A DNA stretch of 64,000 nucleotides from Haemophilus parainfluenzae (GCA_018363335.1 JAGZOA010000009.1:4965-68964), one strand, 5' to 3'; positions 21,917 through 33,464 are shown, counted from the first letter of the stretch. Numbers and translations are program-made. The notes: generated by a model from the sequence alone, not told the origin.

Positions 21917-23056
21917 TTAGTATAATGAGTTTTTGTTGTCTTTAACAAAGCTTTCATCCAAGCGACCAAACATTTTGTAGTATGACCAAGTGGTGTAAAG
22001 CAATGAGATGGTAACGAATACTAATGCCAAGTAGAACATTAAGTTTAATGTTAATTGACTTGATGTTGCATCCCATATTAACAAGCTTTGTTCTGGATGA
22101 GTACTTGAAGGCATTACAAATGGGAACATTGATACTGCCGCAGTGATAATCACACCAGCCATGGTTAATACTGAGAATAAGAACGCGAAACCGCAACGAT
22201 TTGCTTTAGATGCAACCACATTCAATAATGCACCAACTACTACTAATGCTGGGAATGCCCATAAAGCTGGATTTTCATTGAAGTTTTTGAACCATGCACC
22301 TGCTTCAACTGCCACTTGTTTACCTGAAGCTGGCGCTGATGCTGCAAAGTGATCAATCACGCTAGTCACCACATAACCGTCTTTGAAAGAAAGCCATACA
22401 CCTGCAAGTACAAAAGTAATTAATGTCACTAATGCACCAATTTGTGTAATTGCTCTTGCGCGATCACGCAATGCTGCAGTGGTTTTCATTTGTAACCAGT
22501 TCGCACCGTGAGTCACTAACATTGCAAGGCTTAACACACCGCAAAGTAATGCGAATGGGTTTAATAATGCAAAGAACGAACCTGTGTAAGTTGCTTGTGA
22601 AAGCTCATTTAATTCAAATGGTACACCTTGTAATAAATTACCAAATGCTACACCGAATACTAATGCAGGTACAAAACCACCCGCAAACAAGCCCCAATCC
22701 CACATAGCACGCCATGTTGGGTTATCAATTTTCGCACGATATTCAAAACCAATTGGACGGAAGAATAACGCAGCTAACACGAGGAATAAGGCAATATAGA
22801 AGCCTGAAAACGCTACAGAATAAACAATCGGCCATGCCGCGAAGATTGCACCACCAGCACTTAATAACCAAACTTGGTTACCATCCCAGTGTGGAGCAAT
22901 AGAGTTAATCATAATACGTCTTTCTACTTCTTTCTTACCTGCTACGGGTAAAAGTGCGGTCACGCCCATATCGAATCCATCTGTTACAGAGAAACCGATA
23001 AGCAATACAACAACTAGCACCCACCAAATAATACGTAGAATTTCATAATCAAGCAT
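21917..23056 (-). CDS. cydB: cytochrome bd ubiquinol oxidase subunit II
   Basis: 379-aa polytopic protein after cydA. Confidence 0.95.
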   Translation of the reverse strand: MLDYEILRIIWWVLVVVLLIGFSVTDGFDMGVTALLPVAGKKEVERRIMINSIAPHWDGNQVWLLSAGGAIFAAWPIVYSVAFSGFYIALFLVLAALFFRPIGFEYRAKIDNPTWRAMWDWGLFAGGFVPALVFGVAFGNLLQGVPFELNELSQATYTGSFFALLNPFALLCGVLSLAMLVTHGANWLQMKTTAALRDRARAITQIGALVTLITFVLAGVWLSFKDGYVVTSVIDHFAASAPASGKQVAVEAGAWFKNFNENPALWAFPALVVVGALLNVVASKANRCGFAFLFSVLTMAGVIITAAVSMFPFVMPSSTHPEQSLLIWDATSSQLTLNLMFYLALVFVTISLLYTTWSYYKMFGRLDESFVKDNKNSLY

Positions 23057-23070
23057 AATCCATCTCCTGC

Positions 23071-24636
23071 TTATTTAGATGATTGCTCAAAATAGTATTT
23101 GCCGGTTTTCAATGCACTTGGACCTAAACGTGCATATTTAAACATCAAATACATTTCCGCAATGATGAAGAAGAAGTAAAGTACACAAATTAAACCGATA
23201 GAGAACCATAAGTCACCTACACTCAAGTTAGAGGCAGACACACCCACCGGTAATACTTCATAAATCGCCCATGGTTGACGACCAAATTCAGCTAAGAACC
23301 AACCAAATTCAATCGCTAAGAATGGCAATGGAATACCCCAAAGCAATGCTTTAAGTAATAAGCGAGAAGAAGTCACTTTGTTACGTAAATTTTGAACAAA
23401 TGCACCAAAGGTCAGTAAAATAATTAAACCACCTGCGGCTAACATACCACGGAATGCCCAGAAGTTAGGACCGACATTTGGAATAGTATCACGTGCTGCT
23501 TGTTTAATTTGTTCATCCGTTGCATCAACAACTTTATCTGTGTAACGTTTTAATAATAAACCGAAACCTAAATCACCTTTGACTTCATCAAATTTTGCTT
23601 TAGTTTCAGGATTTACTTGGCCTGCTGATTTTTTCTCTGCTTTTAATTGCGTGAATAAATCATAAGCAACCATACCGTTACGAACACGACCTTCATTTTT
23701 CGCTTGAATTTCTTTCAAACCAACAATTTCAGTGTCTAAAGAACGCGTTGCAATTAAACCACCTAAGTAAGGGATTTCAATCGCAAAATCATTTTTCATT
23801 TCAGCGGTATTTGGAATCGCAACTGGATGGAATGGCGCTGGCGCAGGATGGGTATCAAACTCAGCTTCCATTGCAGCCAATTTCACAGGTTGTGCTTTAC
23901 CAATTTCATAACCTGATTCATCCCCCATAATTAATACAGCTGATGCAGCGATAAAACCAAAAGTTGCCGCTACAGAGAATGAACGTTTAGCAAAACCAAT
24001 ATCGCGGCCTTTTAATAAATAGAATGCACTGATACCTAATACAAACATTGCACCGGTTGTATAACCTGCTGTTAATGTGTGTAAGAATTTACCTTGCGCA
24101 ACTGGATTTAACCAAAGATCTAAGAAGCTGGTCATTTCCATACGAATGGTTTCAAAGTTAAACTCTGCCGCTACCGGATGTTGCATCCAACCATTCGCCA
24201 CTAAAATCCACATCGCAGAAAGGTTTGAACCAAAGGCTACGCAGTAAGTTGCGAGTAAGTGTTTACCTTTAGTTAAACGATCCCAACCGAAGAAGAATAG
24301 ACCCACGAAAGTGGACTCTAAGAAGAACGCAAGTAATGCTTCGATTGCTAATGGCGCACCGAAAATATCACCTACATAGTGAGAATAATAAGACCAGTTT
24401 GTCCCGAATTGGAACTCCATGATAATACCGGTCGTCACCCCTAGAGCAAAGTTAATACCAAATAACTTACCCCAGAATTTTGTCATATCTTTATATACTT
24501 CTTTGCCCGTTTTAACATAAATGGTTTCCATGATCACAAGAACGAAAGATAAACCTAATGTTAATGGTACAAAAATGAAGTGATATAACGCAGTTAATGC
24601 AAACTGCAAGCGTGAGAGATCAACAACGTCTAACAT
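23071..24636 (-). CDS. cydA: cytochrome bd ubiquinol oxidase subunit I
   Basis: 521 aa with Q-loop and conserved heme ligands. Confidence 0.95.
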   Translation of the reverse strand: MLDVVDLSRLQFALTALYHFIFVPLTLGLSFVLVIMETIYVKTGKEVYKDMTKFWGKLFGINFALGVTTGIIMEFQFGTNWSYYSHYVGDIFGAPLAIEALLAFFLESTFVGLFFFGWDRLTKGKHLLATYCVAFGSNLSAMWILVANGWMQHPVAAEFNFETIRMEMTSFLDLWLNPVAQGKFLHTLTAGYTTGAMFVLGISAFYLLKGRDIGFAKRSFSVAATFGFIAASAVLIMGDESGYEIGKAQPVKLAAMEAEFDTHPAPAPFHPVAIPNTAEMKNDFAIEIPYLGGLIATRSLDTEIVGLKEIQAKNEGRVRNGMVAYDLFTQLKAEKKSAGQVNPETKAKFDEVKGDLGFGLLLKRYTDKVVDATDEQIKQAARDTIPNVGPNFWAFRGMLAAGGLIILLTFGAFVQNLRNKVTSSRLLLKALLWGIPLPFLAIEFGWFLAEFGRQPWAIYEVLPVGVSASNLSVGDLWFSIGLICVLYFFFIIAEMYLMFKYARLGPSALKTGKYYFEQSSK

Positions 24637-24930
24637 CTCAACTCCTTGTATAAATCTACAAGATTTTCACTTTATGATTACCAAGGATAATCCCAAATAA
24701 TCACCCCAAACTACTCAACAAAAATCGTTAAGAAACATTGAATTATTTACGTAATAATTGCCTTTTCTATTCGCAAAACAGAATGCGGTAACCGATTACA
24801 ATATAAACATTCAAAATTTTGCCATATTCTACTACTATTTATGAGGATAAAAAACAGAAAAAACCGTTATCTTGATCACATTTTTTGATATAAGTTACAA
24901 AATACCCTATTTTGCATAACAATGACAAAA

Positions 24931-24944
24931 TTGATCCACATCAA
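24931..24944. promoter_or_regulatory. FNR box TTGATccacATCAA in the cydA upstream region
   Basis: Perfect match to TTGAT-N4-ATCAA; about 295 bp upstream of cydA start, 150 bp upstream of the divergent small ORF. Confidence 0.55.
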
Positions 24945-25095
24945 ATTCTGTATTTTTTGCTCAAAATGGAAAAATTTATCTATCACAAGGAAACTTTATT
25001 TAAAAAAAAATGGACAAAATAATCACTAGACAGGGCTGCAAGATTTTGCTATTTTTTAGCCTAATAATATTTGGAGAGATTTGTAGGGATTTACA

Positions 25096-25416
25096 ATGAA
25101 AAAAATTTGCGTAATTTTGACCGCACTTTTCGGTTCTATGGCATTATCTGCCGCCGCAGCACCTCTTACAGAAAACAAAGCTGCTCTTCCACAACAATGT
25201 ACACAGTTATTTAAAGAAACAGAAAATTTGATTGCCCAAGCAGAAAAACAGCCGGGTACTCATACTCAAGTAGGTAAAATCAAAAGCAAACTAAATCAAA
25301 GCAAACAGCAAATTCTTGAAATGGAATTAGCGACTCAACAAAAAAGCTGTGATGTGGGTTTAGCAAGATTAAATAGTATGAAGAGCTATACTGAAGGAAC
25401 TGAAGGAACTAACTAA
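25096..25416 (+). CDS. small secreted protein of unknown function (signal peptide, two Cys)
   Basis: 106-aa ORF with MKKICVILTALFGSMALSAAAAP signal peptide; followed by terminator. Confidence 0.45.
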   Translation: MKKICVILTALFGSMALSAAAAPLTENKAALPQQCTQLFKETENLIAQAEKQPGTHTQVGKIKSKLNQSKQQILEMELATQQKSCDVGLARLNSMKSYTEGTEGTN

Positions 25417-25432
25417 GCAGGTTTCAAAAAGA

Positions 25433-25466
25433 AAGGACAGATTGATATCAATATGTCCTTTTTTTC
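25433..25466. terminator. bidirectional terminator (GGACAGAT-tgatatca-ATATGTCC plus T7) between small ORF and ruvB
   Basis: Stem-loop with T-tract. Confidence 0.65.
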
Positions 25467-25472
25467 TATCTC

Positions 25473-26480
25473 TTATTCTGACGGCTTCTGAAGTCCGAAG
25501 TGTCGATAAGTTAACGAAGTCGCAATTCGTCCTCGAGGCGTACGCTGTAAAAAGCCTTGTTGAATCAAATAAGGTTCTAAAACATCCTCGATAGTATCTC
25601 GTTCTTCACCTATTGCAGCGGCTAAGTTATCTAATCCAACTGGCCCACCATCAAAACGTTCAATCACAGCGGTAAGCAATTTTCTATCTAAGTAATCAAA
25701 GCCCACATCATCTACATCTAACATTGAAAGTGCTTGTTTCGCAATATCTGTCGAAATAATGCCATTATTACGCACATCAGCAAAATCTCGAACGCGACGC
25801 AATAAACGGTTTGCAATGCGAGGCGTGCCACGCGAACGACGCGCCACTTCAAAAGCCGCTTTATCTTCTAATTTTAGATTTAAGCAAGAGGCACTTCTTG
25901 TCACAATAGAAGTTAAATCTTCGACGGAATAAAATTCTAAACGCTGAACAATACCGAAACGATCTCGTAGTGGCGAAGTTAAAGAACCCGCTCGAGTCGT
26001 TGCACCAATTAATGTGAAAGGTGGCAAGTCTAATTTAATTGAGCGTGCAGCAGGGCCTTCACCGATCATAATATCCAACTGATAATCTTCCATTGCTGGA
26101 TAAAGCACTTCTTCAATCGCAGGGGAAAGACGATGAATTTCATCAATAAACAACACATCATGGGGTTCAAGATTTGTCAGCATTGCCGCTAAATCTCCAG
26201 CTTTTTCAAGAACAGGACCTGATGTTGTGCGAATATTCACGCCCATTTCATTTGCCACAATATTAGCTAGCGTTGTTTTTCCTAAACCTGGAGGACCAAA
26301 GATCAAAAGATGATCTAAGGCATCTTGACGCAATTTCGCTGCCTTAATGAAAATATCCATCTGCTCTCGCACTTGTGGCTGTCCCACATAGTCCGCTAAA
26401 AGCTTTGGACGAATCGCACGATCGATGACATCTTCATCCATCTTTGCCTGACTGCTAATAATTCTATCTGCTTCGATCAT
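25473..26480 (-). CDS. ruvB: Holliday junction helicase RuvB
   Basis: 335 aa AAA+ with GPPGLGKTT. Confidence 0.95.
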   Translation of the reverse strand: MIEADRIISSQAKMDEDVIDRAIRPKLLADYVGQPQVREQMDIFIKAAKLRQDALDHLLIFGPPGLGKTTLANIVANEMGVNIRTTSGPVLEKAGDLAAMLTNLEPHDVLFIDEIHRLSPAIEEVLYPAMEDYQLDIMIGEGPAARSIKLDLPPFTLIGATTRAGSLTSPLRDRFGIVQRLEFYSVEDLTSIVTRSASCLNLKLEDKAAFEVARRSRGTPRIANRLLRRVRDFADVRNNGIISTDIAKQALSMLDVDDVGFDYLDRKLLTAVIERFDGGPVGLDNLAAAIGEERDTIEDVLEPYLIQQGFLQRTPRGRIATSLTYRHFGLQKPSE

Positions 26481-26493
26481 ATCTGTTTAATCT

Positions 26494-27105
26494 TTATAAT
26501 GCGGCTTTTAAGGCTTCGCGAATTAATTGCTCACTGCTTAAATCCGCTTTAGCGACTTTTTTCACCATTTTTTCAGCATCGGTTGTTTTATAACCTAATG
26601 CAACCAATGCAGCAACCGCTTCATCTGTAGAGCTTTCAGCTTGGCGCAATTCTGAAGTTGAAGGAATATGCTTGCTCTCCACAAAGAAATCACTTTGGCG
26701 AACATCTTTAAACTTCCCTTTTAACTCTACTAATAAGCGTTCAGCCGTTTTCTTGCCCACACCAGGAATTTTAACTAATTTTGACAGTTCTTCTCGCTCA
26801 ATAGCGTAAGCAAACTGCTCTACCGACATTGCAGATAAAATCGCGAGTGCCAATTTAGGTCCAACACCATTGGTTTTAATTAATTCACGGAATAAAGTGC
26901 GGTCAGTTTTTTGGGCAAATCCAAAAAGAAGATGAGCATCTTCACGCACAACAAGATGGGTAAATAAAGTAGTTTCTTGCCCGATTTCAGGTAAGTCATA
27001 AAAACTGGTCATTGGTAACAATAATTCGTAACCTACGCCTTGTACATCAAGCAAAATTTCAGGAGGTTGTTTTTCTAATAAGATGCCTTTTAAACGACCG
27101 ATCAT
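26494..27105 (-). CDS. ruvA: Holliday junction DNA helicase RuvA
   Basis: 203 aa RuvA-like. Confidence 0.95.
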   Translation of the reverse strand: MIGRLKGILLEKQPPEILLDVQGVGYELLLPMTSFYDLPEIGQETTLFTHLVVREDAHLLFGFAQKTDRTLFRELIKTNGVGPKLALAILSAMSVEQFAYAIEREELSKLVKIPGVGKKTAERLLVELKGKFKDVRQSDFFVESKHIPSTSELRQAESSTDEAVAALVALGYKTTDAEKMVKKVAKADLSSEQLIREALKAAL

Positions 27106-27145
27106 AAGATTTCCATGTAAAAAAATTTTGCATAGAATAAAATAA

Positions 27146-27165
27146 AACTGGATATTAATCCAGTT
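27146..27165. promoter_or_regulatory. LexA (SOS) box-like perfect palindrome AACTGGATATTAATCCAGTT upstream of ruvA
   Basis: CTGG-N8-CCAG, close to CTGT-N8-ACAG; 20-bp perfect palindrome about 45 bp upstream of ruvA start; ruvAB is SOS-regulated in E. coli. Confidence 0.45.
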
Positions 27166-27736
27166 AAATTTTTAGTCTAAATCGACCTCGACTGTACCTC
27201 GTTTTTAAAAGTGCGGTCATTTTTTCGTGTGTTTCTGTGGTTTTGACCGAGCCAGCAATATGCAAAGAATGTTGAATGGTGTGGGCATGGGTAATCGCAA
27301 TAGCTAAAGCATCTGCCGCATCTGCCTGAGGTTTATCTGAGAGCTTCAAAATTCGTGTCACCATATCTTGTACTTGAACTTTATCTGCAGAACCAATCCC
27401 AACGACAGTCTGTTTCACCAAACGAGCCGCATATTCAAATACAGGTAAATCGTGGTTGACGGCTGCCACAATCGCCGTACCACGTGCTTGCCCCAGTTTT
27501 AAAGCTGAATCCGCATTTTTAGCCATAAACACTTGTTCAATAGCAAACATATCGGGCTGAAATTGCGTGATGATTTCTGTCACGCCAGCATAAATTCGTT
27601 TTAAGCGTGTAGGTAAATCTTCTACCTGTGTGCGGATTGCTCCACTGCCGAGATATTCCAAATGACGGCCATTTTGTCTAATCACACCATAACCCGTTAC
27701 ACGAGAACCTGGGTCAATGCCTAAAATAATACTCAT
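27164..27736 (-). CDS. ruvC: Holliday junction resolvase RuvC
   Basis: 190 aa, [18 protein letters not shown] RNase H-like fold. Confidence 0.95.
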   Translation of the reverse strand: MSIILGIDPGSRVTGYGVIRQNGRHLEYLGSGAIRTQVEDLPTRLKRIYAGVTEIITQFQPDMFAIEQVFMAKNADSALKLGQARGTAIVAAVNHDLPVFEYAARLVKQTVVGIGSADKVQVQDMVTRILKLSDKPQADAADALAIAITHAHTIQHSLHIAGSVKTTETHEKMTALLKTRYSRGRFRLKI

Positions 27737-27786
27737 AACTTCTCAAAAATAAACGGCCGGTCAATGCCGGCCGTTTTTAGCGTTAA

Positions 27787-28221
27787 TTATTGGTTTGCTT
27801 TTGCAGTTGCTTTTGCATCTACATCACAGTTTTTCACAACAATTTTGTCTGCTTTTTTGCCTTTAATTAAAAGATTTACTGGCACAACAGAATCAAATTT
27901 ATCTAAAGTTAAACCACTGTCTACGTTCCAAACATATTTGCCTGAAGTAAATGAAGTAAAGTCTTTTTGAGCTGCATCACGAGCAAAATCTTTCGCGATA
28001 ACTTTGTTACCCACCATCACCATTGCTGCTGTTGGCTCTTGGTTTTCAAATTGATAAACTGCAGTTACCGTTTTCTTGTTACAAGTATAAACTACAGTTT
28101 TATCCGTTACAGTAGGGGTTGCCATTTGTTCCGCTTTGTTTTCCATTTTTGGTGCATCGCTTGCACACGCAGATAAAACAACAAGAGCGGCCATTGCTGG
28201 TAATACTTTAGCTAATTTCAT
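27787..28221 (-). CDS. lipoprotein of unknown function (weak MliC/PliC-like pattern)
   Basis: Lipobox LSAC, two Cys far apart, Y-x-C...SGKY...C pattern loosely like MliC. Confidence 0.4.
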   Translation of the reverse strand: MKLAKVLPAMAALVVLSACASDAPKMENKAEQMATPTVTDKTVVYTCNKKTVTAVYQFENQEPTAAMVMVGNKVIAKDFARDAAQKDFTSFTSGKYVWNVDSGLTLDKFDSVVPVNLLIKGKKADKIVVKNCDVDAKATAKANQ

Positions 28222-28238
28222 TCTAAATCTCCTTAAAA

Positions 28239-28979
28239 TTACAGCTGAGCTGCAACTTCATCACTAATTTCACCGTTATGATATACGTTTTGTACATCAT
28301 CACAGTCTTCTAACATGTCAATTAAACGCAACAATTTAGGCGCAGTTTCAAGATCAAGATCAACTGTTGTTGATGGAATCATTGTCACTTCTGCGTTATC
28401 AATTTTAAATCCTGCTGCTTCGATTGCATCGCGCACAGAACCTAAATCTTCCCACGCAGTATAGATTTCAAATGATCCATCATCTTGTGGTTGAACATCA
28501 TCCGCACCGGCTTCAATTGCCGCCTCCATTAACGCATCTTCTTCACCTTGGCTAATTAAAATCAAGCCTTTTTTGCTGAATAAGTAGCCCACAGAACCCT
28601 CAGTCCCTAAGTTACCACCACATTTAGTGAAACTTGGGCGAACCTGTGAGATGGTTCGGTTTGCGTTGTCACTTAGACACTCAACCATCACAGCAGTTCC
28701 ACCCGGACCATAACCTTCGTAAATTCTTGTTTCCATATTGGTGTCATCACCACCACCCACACCGCGTTCAATCGCACGGTTAATGGTGTCGCGAGTCATG
28801 TTGCTCGATAAGGCTTTATCTACTGCCGCACGTAAACGCGGGTTCGCACTTACATCACCGCCACCAATTTTTGCAGCAGTTACTAATTCACGAATTAATT
28901 TTGTAAAAATTTTACCGCGTTGCGCATCTTGTGCTGCTTTACGGTGTTTAATATTTGCCCACTTACTATGGCCTGCCAT
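28239..28979 (-). CDS. yebC: YebC/PmpR family transcriptional regulator
   Basis: 246 aa, [15 protein letters not shown]-terminus diagnostic. Confidence 0.9.
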   Translation of the reverse strand: MAGHSKWANIKHRKAAQDAQRGKIFTKLIRELVTAAKIGGGDVSANPRLRAAVDKALSSNMTRDTINRAIERGVGGGDDTNMETRIYEGYGPGGTAVMVECLSDNANRTISQVRPSFTKCGGNLGTEGSVGYLFSKKGLILISQGEEDALMEAAIEAGADDVQPQDDGSFEIYTAWEDLGSVRDAIEAAGFKIDNAEVTMIPSTTVDLDLETAPKLLRLIDMLEDCDDVQNVYHNGEISDEVAAQL

Positions 28980-29028
28980 ATTGTTTTCCTTCTTATCTTA
29001 AAAACGTTTTTAAATTAAATCCTCTTTT

Positions 29029-29487
29029 CTATAGAGGAAAGCCGTTCATCAAATATTTTTTGATGGCCTCGGCATTATTCGGCGATTTCGTCATTTGGAT
29101 CGCATGTTCTGGTGAAACCCATTGATACGCCAAATGCTCACTTAATATCGGTTTAAATTCCTGCTCAACTGCCAATAAAAACCAATGTTCATGACAGTGA
29201 GTCACATTCGGTGCGTATTTATAGCGGAAATGCGGGAAAATTTCAAACTCTATACTCTCTTTACAATCAAAAAGTGCGGTCGAATTTTCTTCTATTTTTA
29301 ATCCTACTTCTTCCCAAACTTCTCGAATTGCTGTTTCTCTTGGTGTTTCGTTAGTTTCCAATGTCCCCGTGACGGATTGCCAAAAGCTAGGATCATCTTG
29401 GCGCTGAAGCATAAGAACACGGTGCGTGCTTTCCGCATAAATTACCACGAGAACCGATTGATTATTTTTATATTTCAAGCTCGTCAT
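29029..29487 (-). CDS. nudB: dihydroneopterin triphosphate pyrophosphatase (Nudix)
   Basis: 152 aa collinear with E. coli NudB incl. Nudix box REVWEEVG. Confidence 0.8.
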   Translation of the reverse strand: MTSLKYKNNQSVLVVIYAESTHRVLMLQRQDDPSFWQSVTGTLETNETPRETAIREVWEEVGLKIEENSTALFDCKESIEFEIFPHFRYKYAPNVTHCHEHWFLLAVEQEFKPILSEHLAYQWVSPEHAIQMTKSPNNAEAIKKYLMNGFPL

Positions 29488-29544
29488 CTACATAATTGAG
29501 GATGGGCAGCATCATACCTTTTCTACTAAAAACTTTCAAAAAAA

Positions 29545-29575
29545 TTACCGCACTTTAAAACTAAAGTGCGGTAAT
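29545..29575. terminator. inverted USS pair hairpin between nudB and transporter gene
   Basis: TTACCGCACTTTAAAACTAAAGTGCGGTAA. Confidence 0.5.
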
Positions 29576-29588
29576 TATCTTAATTATT

Positions 29589-30857
29589 TTAGTTTAACCA
29601 GCCAGCTTGTTGGGCGATAAATAACCCTGCAAAGGCTGTTAAGTAGAATAAACCGATAAGAGATAACCACAATAAGCCGCCTTTTACACTGTGTTTCGCG
29701 TGCTTAGTCAGAGATAAATTCAACCAAGCAAAGATTGGTGCAGAAACAAATGAAGCAATCATCGCGAACTTCAACATCGGACCTACAGCATTATTAAAGT
29801 AGAAAATAATCGCTAAACCAGATAACGCCGCAAAAATCATACCGATATTAAGAATTCTCACAGAGCTTTCCTGTTTACCGAATAAGATACGCAAAGATTC
29901 AACATTGGTACGAGAGTAACCATCAATTACTGTAATTGTTGTACCAAACATACACATGAACGCAATGACTGCAATTAATAAGCGAGACCATTCACCGATA
30001 GTACTTGCATACATATTGATAAGTTGTGCGATATATTTTCCACCTACCATCTCTACGGTTTCAGGAGAACCATATTGCACCAATGCACCAAGCGCTAAAA
30101 ATACGACAGCTAAAATGGCTGTACCGATATAACCCACGTTGAAGTCAAATAAACCATCTTCATAAGATACTTTCGTTAGACGACGTTTTGCCACCACCCA
30201 CATAGAGTTAACAGCAGAAATTTCAATTGGTGCAGGCATCCAGCCCATTAAGGCCACTAAAAACGCTAATTTACTTAATTCCCATGGAGAAGGCGCTACA
30301 AAATCAGGTGTGGCTACGCCATTGATACCATTACGCATAAAAGCAATCACGACAGCGCTCACGGTTGTTACCGTTAAAGCAATCATGATGATTTTCGATA
30401 AACTATCTAATAAACGATATTTACCCAACAATAAAATGCCGGTTGTCACAAGAATCACTAATGAGCTTAATACTGGCATTGGTAGAGGAATTGGCGTAAT
30501 GAAGGTTAAAATTGCGGCTGTTAATAATCCCACTGCAGCAGTATTAATTACTGTGGCAAAAACGTTTAAAGCAAGGAATAACCAAAGGTAGAACTTCCCT
30601 TTTTGACGGTAACCTTCTAACAAGGTATTACCCGTATCTAGGGTATATTGAACACCGAAACGAAAGAAAGGATATTTAAATAAGTTAGCAAGAATAACAA
30701 TACTCACTAATTCCCAACCATAGATCGCACCGGCTTGAGTGGATGCAATAATATGCGAACCACCAACAGCTGCTGATGCCATCACGATGCCAGGGCCTAA
30801 GGCAGAGAATTTACTCGCCCACGTTGATTTTTCTACTGGAGTTGAAACTTCACTCAT
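29589..30857 (-). CDS. NRAMP-like (APC-superfamily) membrane transporter lacking canonical DPGN motif; substrate unknown
   Basis: 422 aa; TM1 region LGPGIVMASAAVGGSHIIASTQAGAIYGWEL aligns to NRAMP LGPG...DPGN...Q.GA.YGY but D-P-G-N is replaced by V-G-G-S; no MPHN motif. Confidence 0.45.
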   Translation of the reverse strand: MSEVSTPVEKSTWASKFSALGPGIVMASAAVGGSHIIASTQAGAIYGWELVSIVILANLFKYPFFRFGVQYTLDTGNTLLEGYRQKGKFYLWLFLALNVFATVINTAAVGLLTAAILTFITPIPLPMPVLSSLVILVTTGILLLGKYRLLDSLSKIIMIALTVTTVSAVVIAFMRNGINGVATPDFVAPSPWELSKLAFLVALMGWMPAPIEISAVNSMWVVAKRRLTKVSYEDGLFDFNVGYIGTAILAVVFLALGALVQYGSPETVEMVGGKYIAQLINMYASTIGEWSRLLIAVIAFMCMFGTTITVIDGYSRTNVESLRILFGKQESSVRILNIGMIFAALSGLAIIFYFNNAVGPMLKFAMIASFVSAPIFAWLNLSLTKHAKHSVKGGLLWLSLIGLFYLTAFAGLFIAQQAGWLN

Positions 30858-31080
30858 AAAATGTTCTCTTATAAATTAATCATAAATCGAAAAAGGTCTT
30901 ATTTATAATAGAATTTTATCCTTGAGTAAAGTAAATAAAGTTCCATTTAAAGAATAATAAAAGAGTAAAAATCTAATTATTTTGAAATTTCAGGATATAA
31001 CTTCAAAACAAATAAAACTACATCATATTCATACCAAAAAAGTGATGTATTTAAGTGAATAAAATTTTTTCAATAAAAAG

Positions 31081-31119
31081 AAAGTGCGGTCAAAATCAGT
31101 TGAATTTTTAACCGCACTT
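31081..31119. terminator. inverted USS pair hairpin
   Basis: AAAGTGCGGTCAAAATCAGTTGAATTTTTAACCGCACTT. Confidence 0.5.
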
Positions 31120-31180
31120 ATATCGCATTAGCTCATACTAGATACTAAAAACTAGAATAGTCATGAGAAACAAGTCCCCT

Positions 31181-31561
31181 CTACTCTGACACTTTTGAAG
31201 TTTGAGTAAAATATTTATTTACACTTGGTCGATAGAGAATTAATCCAAACACAATTAAGCGAACGACTGAGCCAATAAATAAAGTTGAGTCAAGACCGTA
31301 GCTAATCCAGCTCCACACAATATATAAAAGAGCTGATATTATAAATAAGATCCGACCACTATTTTGCCCTTCAAGTAATTTAATACCTGTAAGAAAAATT
31401 AATACACCCAGAACAAAATTTATTAGGTATAGTCTCAAAATCTGATCGAAACTTAAACTAAATGTTTCTTCAAATAATGAAAAAAGTAGGGAAAAGCAAC
31501 CACTAGCTCCCCCCAGTATGTATAACCAAGCAATCACACTTACAGATATTGGGCGTTCCAT
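31181..31561 (-). CDS. small hypothetical membrane protein (4 TM), AT-rich
   Basis: 126-aa ORF, hydrophobic, about 35% GC, no homolog recognised. Confidence 0.3.
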   Translation of the reverse strand: MERPISVSVIAWLYILGGASGCFSLLFSLFEETFSLSFDQILRLYLINFVLGVLIFLTGIKLLEGQNSGRILFIISALLYIVWSWISYGLDSTLFIGSVVRLIVFGLILYRPSVNKYFTQTSKVSE

Positions 31562-31599
31562 TTTATACCTTGCAATAACACCTATAACTTAATAAACCA

Positions 31600-31630
31600 A
31601 AAAATCGACCGTAAAACTACGGTCGATTTT
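31600..31630. terminator. aspS rho-independent terminator (AATCGACCGTA...TACGGTCGATT plus T-tract on minus strand)
   Basis: 11-bp stem followed by TTTTTTGG in aspS orientation. Confidence 0.65.
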
Positions 31631-31641
31631 AAAAACAGAAA

Positions 31642-33408
31642 CTACTCGGCTTTAGTCACTGCGATACTCAGCTCAGCTAATGCCTGTGGATTTGCAAAAC
31701 TTGGCGCCTCTGTCATTAAACAAGCTGCTGCTGTTGTTTTCGGGAATGCAATCACATCACGGATATTTTCAGTGCCTGTTAAAAGCATGGTTAAACGGTC
31801 TAAACCAAATGCTAAACCAGCATGTGGCGGTGTACCGAATTTTAATGCATCTAACAAGAAACCAAATTTTTCACGTTGTTCTTGTTCATTGATACCAAGA
31901 ATGCGGAATACGGTTTGTTGCATTTTCGGATCGAAAATACGAACAGAACCACCACCTACTTCATAGCCATTGATCACCATATCGTAAGCATTTGCTACCG
32001 CATCGGTTGGATTCGCTTCTAATTGTTCTGGCGTAAAATCTTTTGGTGAAGTGAATGGGTGATGCATTGCTGCAAGATTACCTTCATCGTCACGTTCAAA
32101 CATTGGGAAATCAATTACCCAAAGTGGTTGCCATTCGTCTAAACGAGTTAAGCCAAGATCACGACCTAATTTCAAACGTAATGCGCCCATTGCATCAGTG
32201 GTAGTTTGCCATTTGTCCGCACCGAAGAATAAGATATCGCCAGTTTGAGCTTTCACACGTTCAGCTAATGCTTTCCATACCTCTTCATTTAAGAATTTCG
32301 CGATCGGGCTTTGTACGCCTTCAAGGCCTGCATTAATGTCATTCACTTTCGCCCAAGCCAAACCTTTCGCACCGTAGATGCCTACAAATTGTGTATATTC
32401 ATCAATTTGTTTACGAGTGATTTCTGTACCATTTGGTACACGAATGACTGCCACACGGCCGTTTGGATTGTTTGCAGGCTCATTAAATACTTTAAATTCA
32501 ACATCTTTAACGATGTCTGCCACATCGACTAATTCAAGCGGGTTACGCAAATCTGGTTTATCTGAGCCAAAACGAGTCATCGCTTCTTGCCAGGTCATTT
32601 GCGGGAATTTACCTAAATCCACACCAATGATGTTTTGCCATAAACCGTGTACCATGCGTTCCATAATCTCACGCACTTCTGGTGCTGTTAAGAAAGAAGT
32701 TTCCACATCGATTTGAGTAAATTCAGGTTGACGATCTGCACGTAAGTCTTCATCACGGAAACATTTCACAATTTGATAATAACGATCAAAACCAGACATC
32801 ATTAAAAGCTGTTTGAAAAGCTGTGGTGATTGTGGCAATGCATAGAATTTGCCTTTATGTACACGACTTGGCACTAAATAGTCACGCGCACCTTCTGGCG
32901 TTGCTTTGGTAAGCATTGGGGTTTCAATATCAAGGAAACCATTATCATCCATAAAACGACGCACAAAGCTGGTAATTTTTGCACGGGTTTTCAAACGTTG
33001 TGCCATTTCTGGACGACGTAAATCTAAATAACGGTATTTTAAACGTTGTTCTTCGGTGTTATTTTGGTTGAAGTCTAATGGTAAAACGTCAGAAGCGTTG
33101 TAGATGCGTAATTCTTTCGCTAACACTTCCACTTCGCCTGTCGCCATATTTTTATTGACTTGATTGTCAGGACGCGCGATTACTTCACCTTTAATTTGAA
33201 TACAAAATTCATTACGTAAGCTCGAAGCTGCAGTTAACGCTTCTTGATATTTCGGGTCAAAACAAACTTGTACGACACCATCACGATCACGCATATCAAT
33301 AAAAATTAAACCACCTAAATCGCGACGACGGTGAACCCAACCGCTTAATGTTACTTCTTGTCCAATATGGTTGCGGTTTAATGCACCGCAATAATGTGTA
33401 CGCATCAT
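31642..33408 (-). CDS. aspS: aspartyl-tRNA synthetase
   Basis: 588 aa class II aaRS (MRTHYCG..., [16 protein letters not shown]). Confidence 0.95.
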   Translation of the reverse strand: MMRTHYCGALNRNHIGQEVTLSGWVHRRRDLGGLIFIDMRDRDGVVQVCFDPKYQEALTAASSLRNEFCIQIKGEVIARPDNQVNKNMATGEVEVLAKELRIYNASDVLPLDFNQNNTEEQRLKYRYLDLRRPEMAQRLKTRAKITSFVRRFMDDNGFLDIETPMLTKATPEGARDYLVPSRVHKGKFYALPQSPQLFKQLLMMSGFDRYYQIVKCFRDEDLRADRQPEFTQIDVETSFLTAPEVREIMERMVHGLWQNIIGVDLGKFPQMTWQEAMTRFGSDKPDLRNPLELVDVADIVKDVEFKVFNEPANNPNGRVAVIRVPNGTEITRKQIDEYTQFVGIYGAKGLAWAKVNDINAGLEGVQSPIAKFLNEEVWKALAERVKAQTGDILFFGADKWQTTTDAMGALRLKLGRDLGLTRLDEWQPLWVIDFPMFERDDEGNLAAMHHPFTSPKDFTPEQLEANPTDAVANAYDMVINGYEVGGGSVRIFDPKMQQTVFRILGINEQEQREKFGFLLDALKFGTPPHAGLAFGLDRLTMLLTGTENIRDVIAFPKTTAAACLMTEAPSFANPQALAELSIAVTKAE

Positions 33409-33464
33409 TTCTATATTCCTTTCATTTTTCTAAAAATGGATAATTAACGCGTTGATTATACGGA

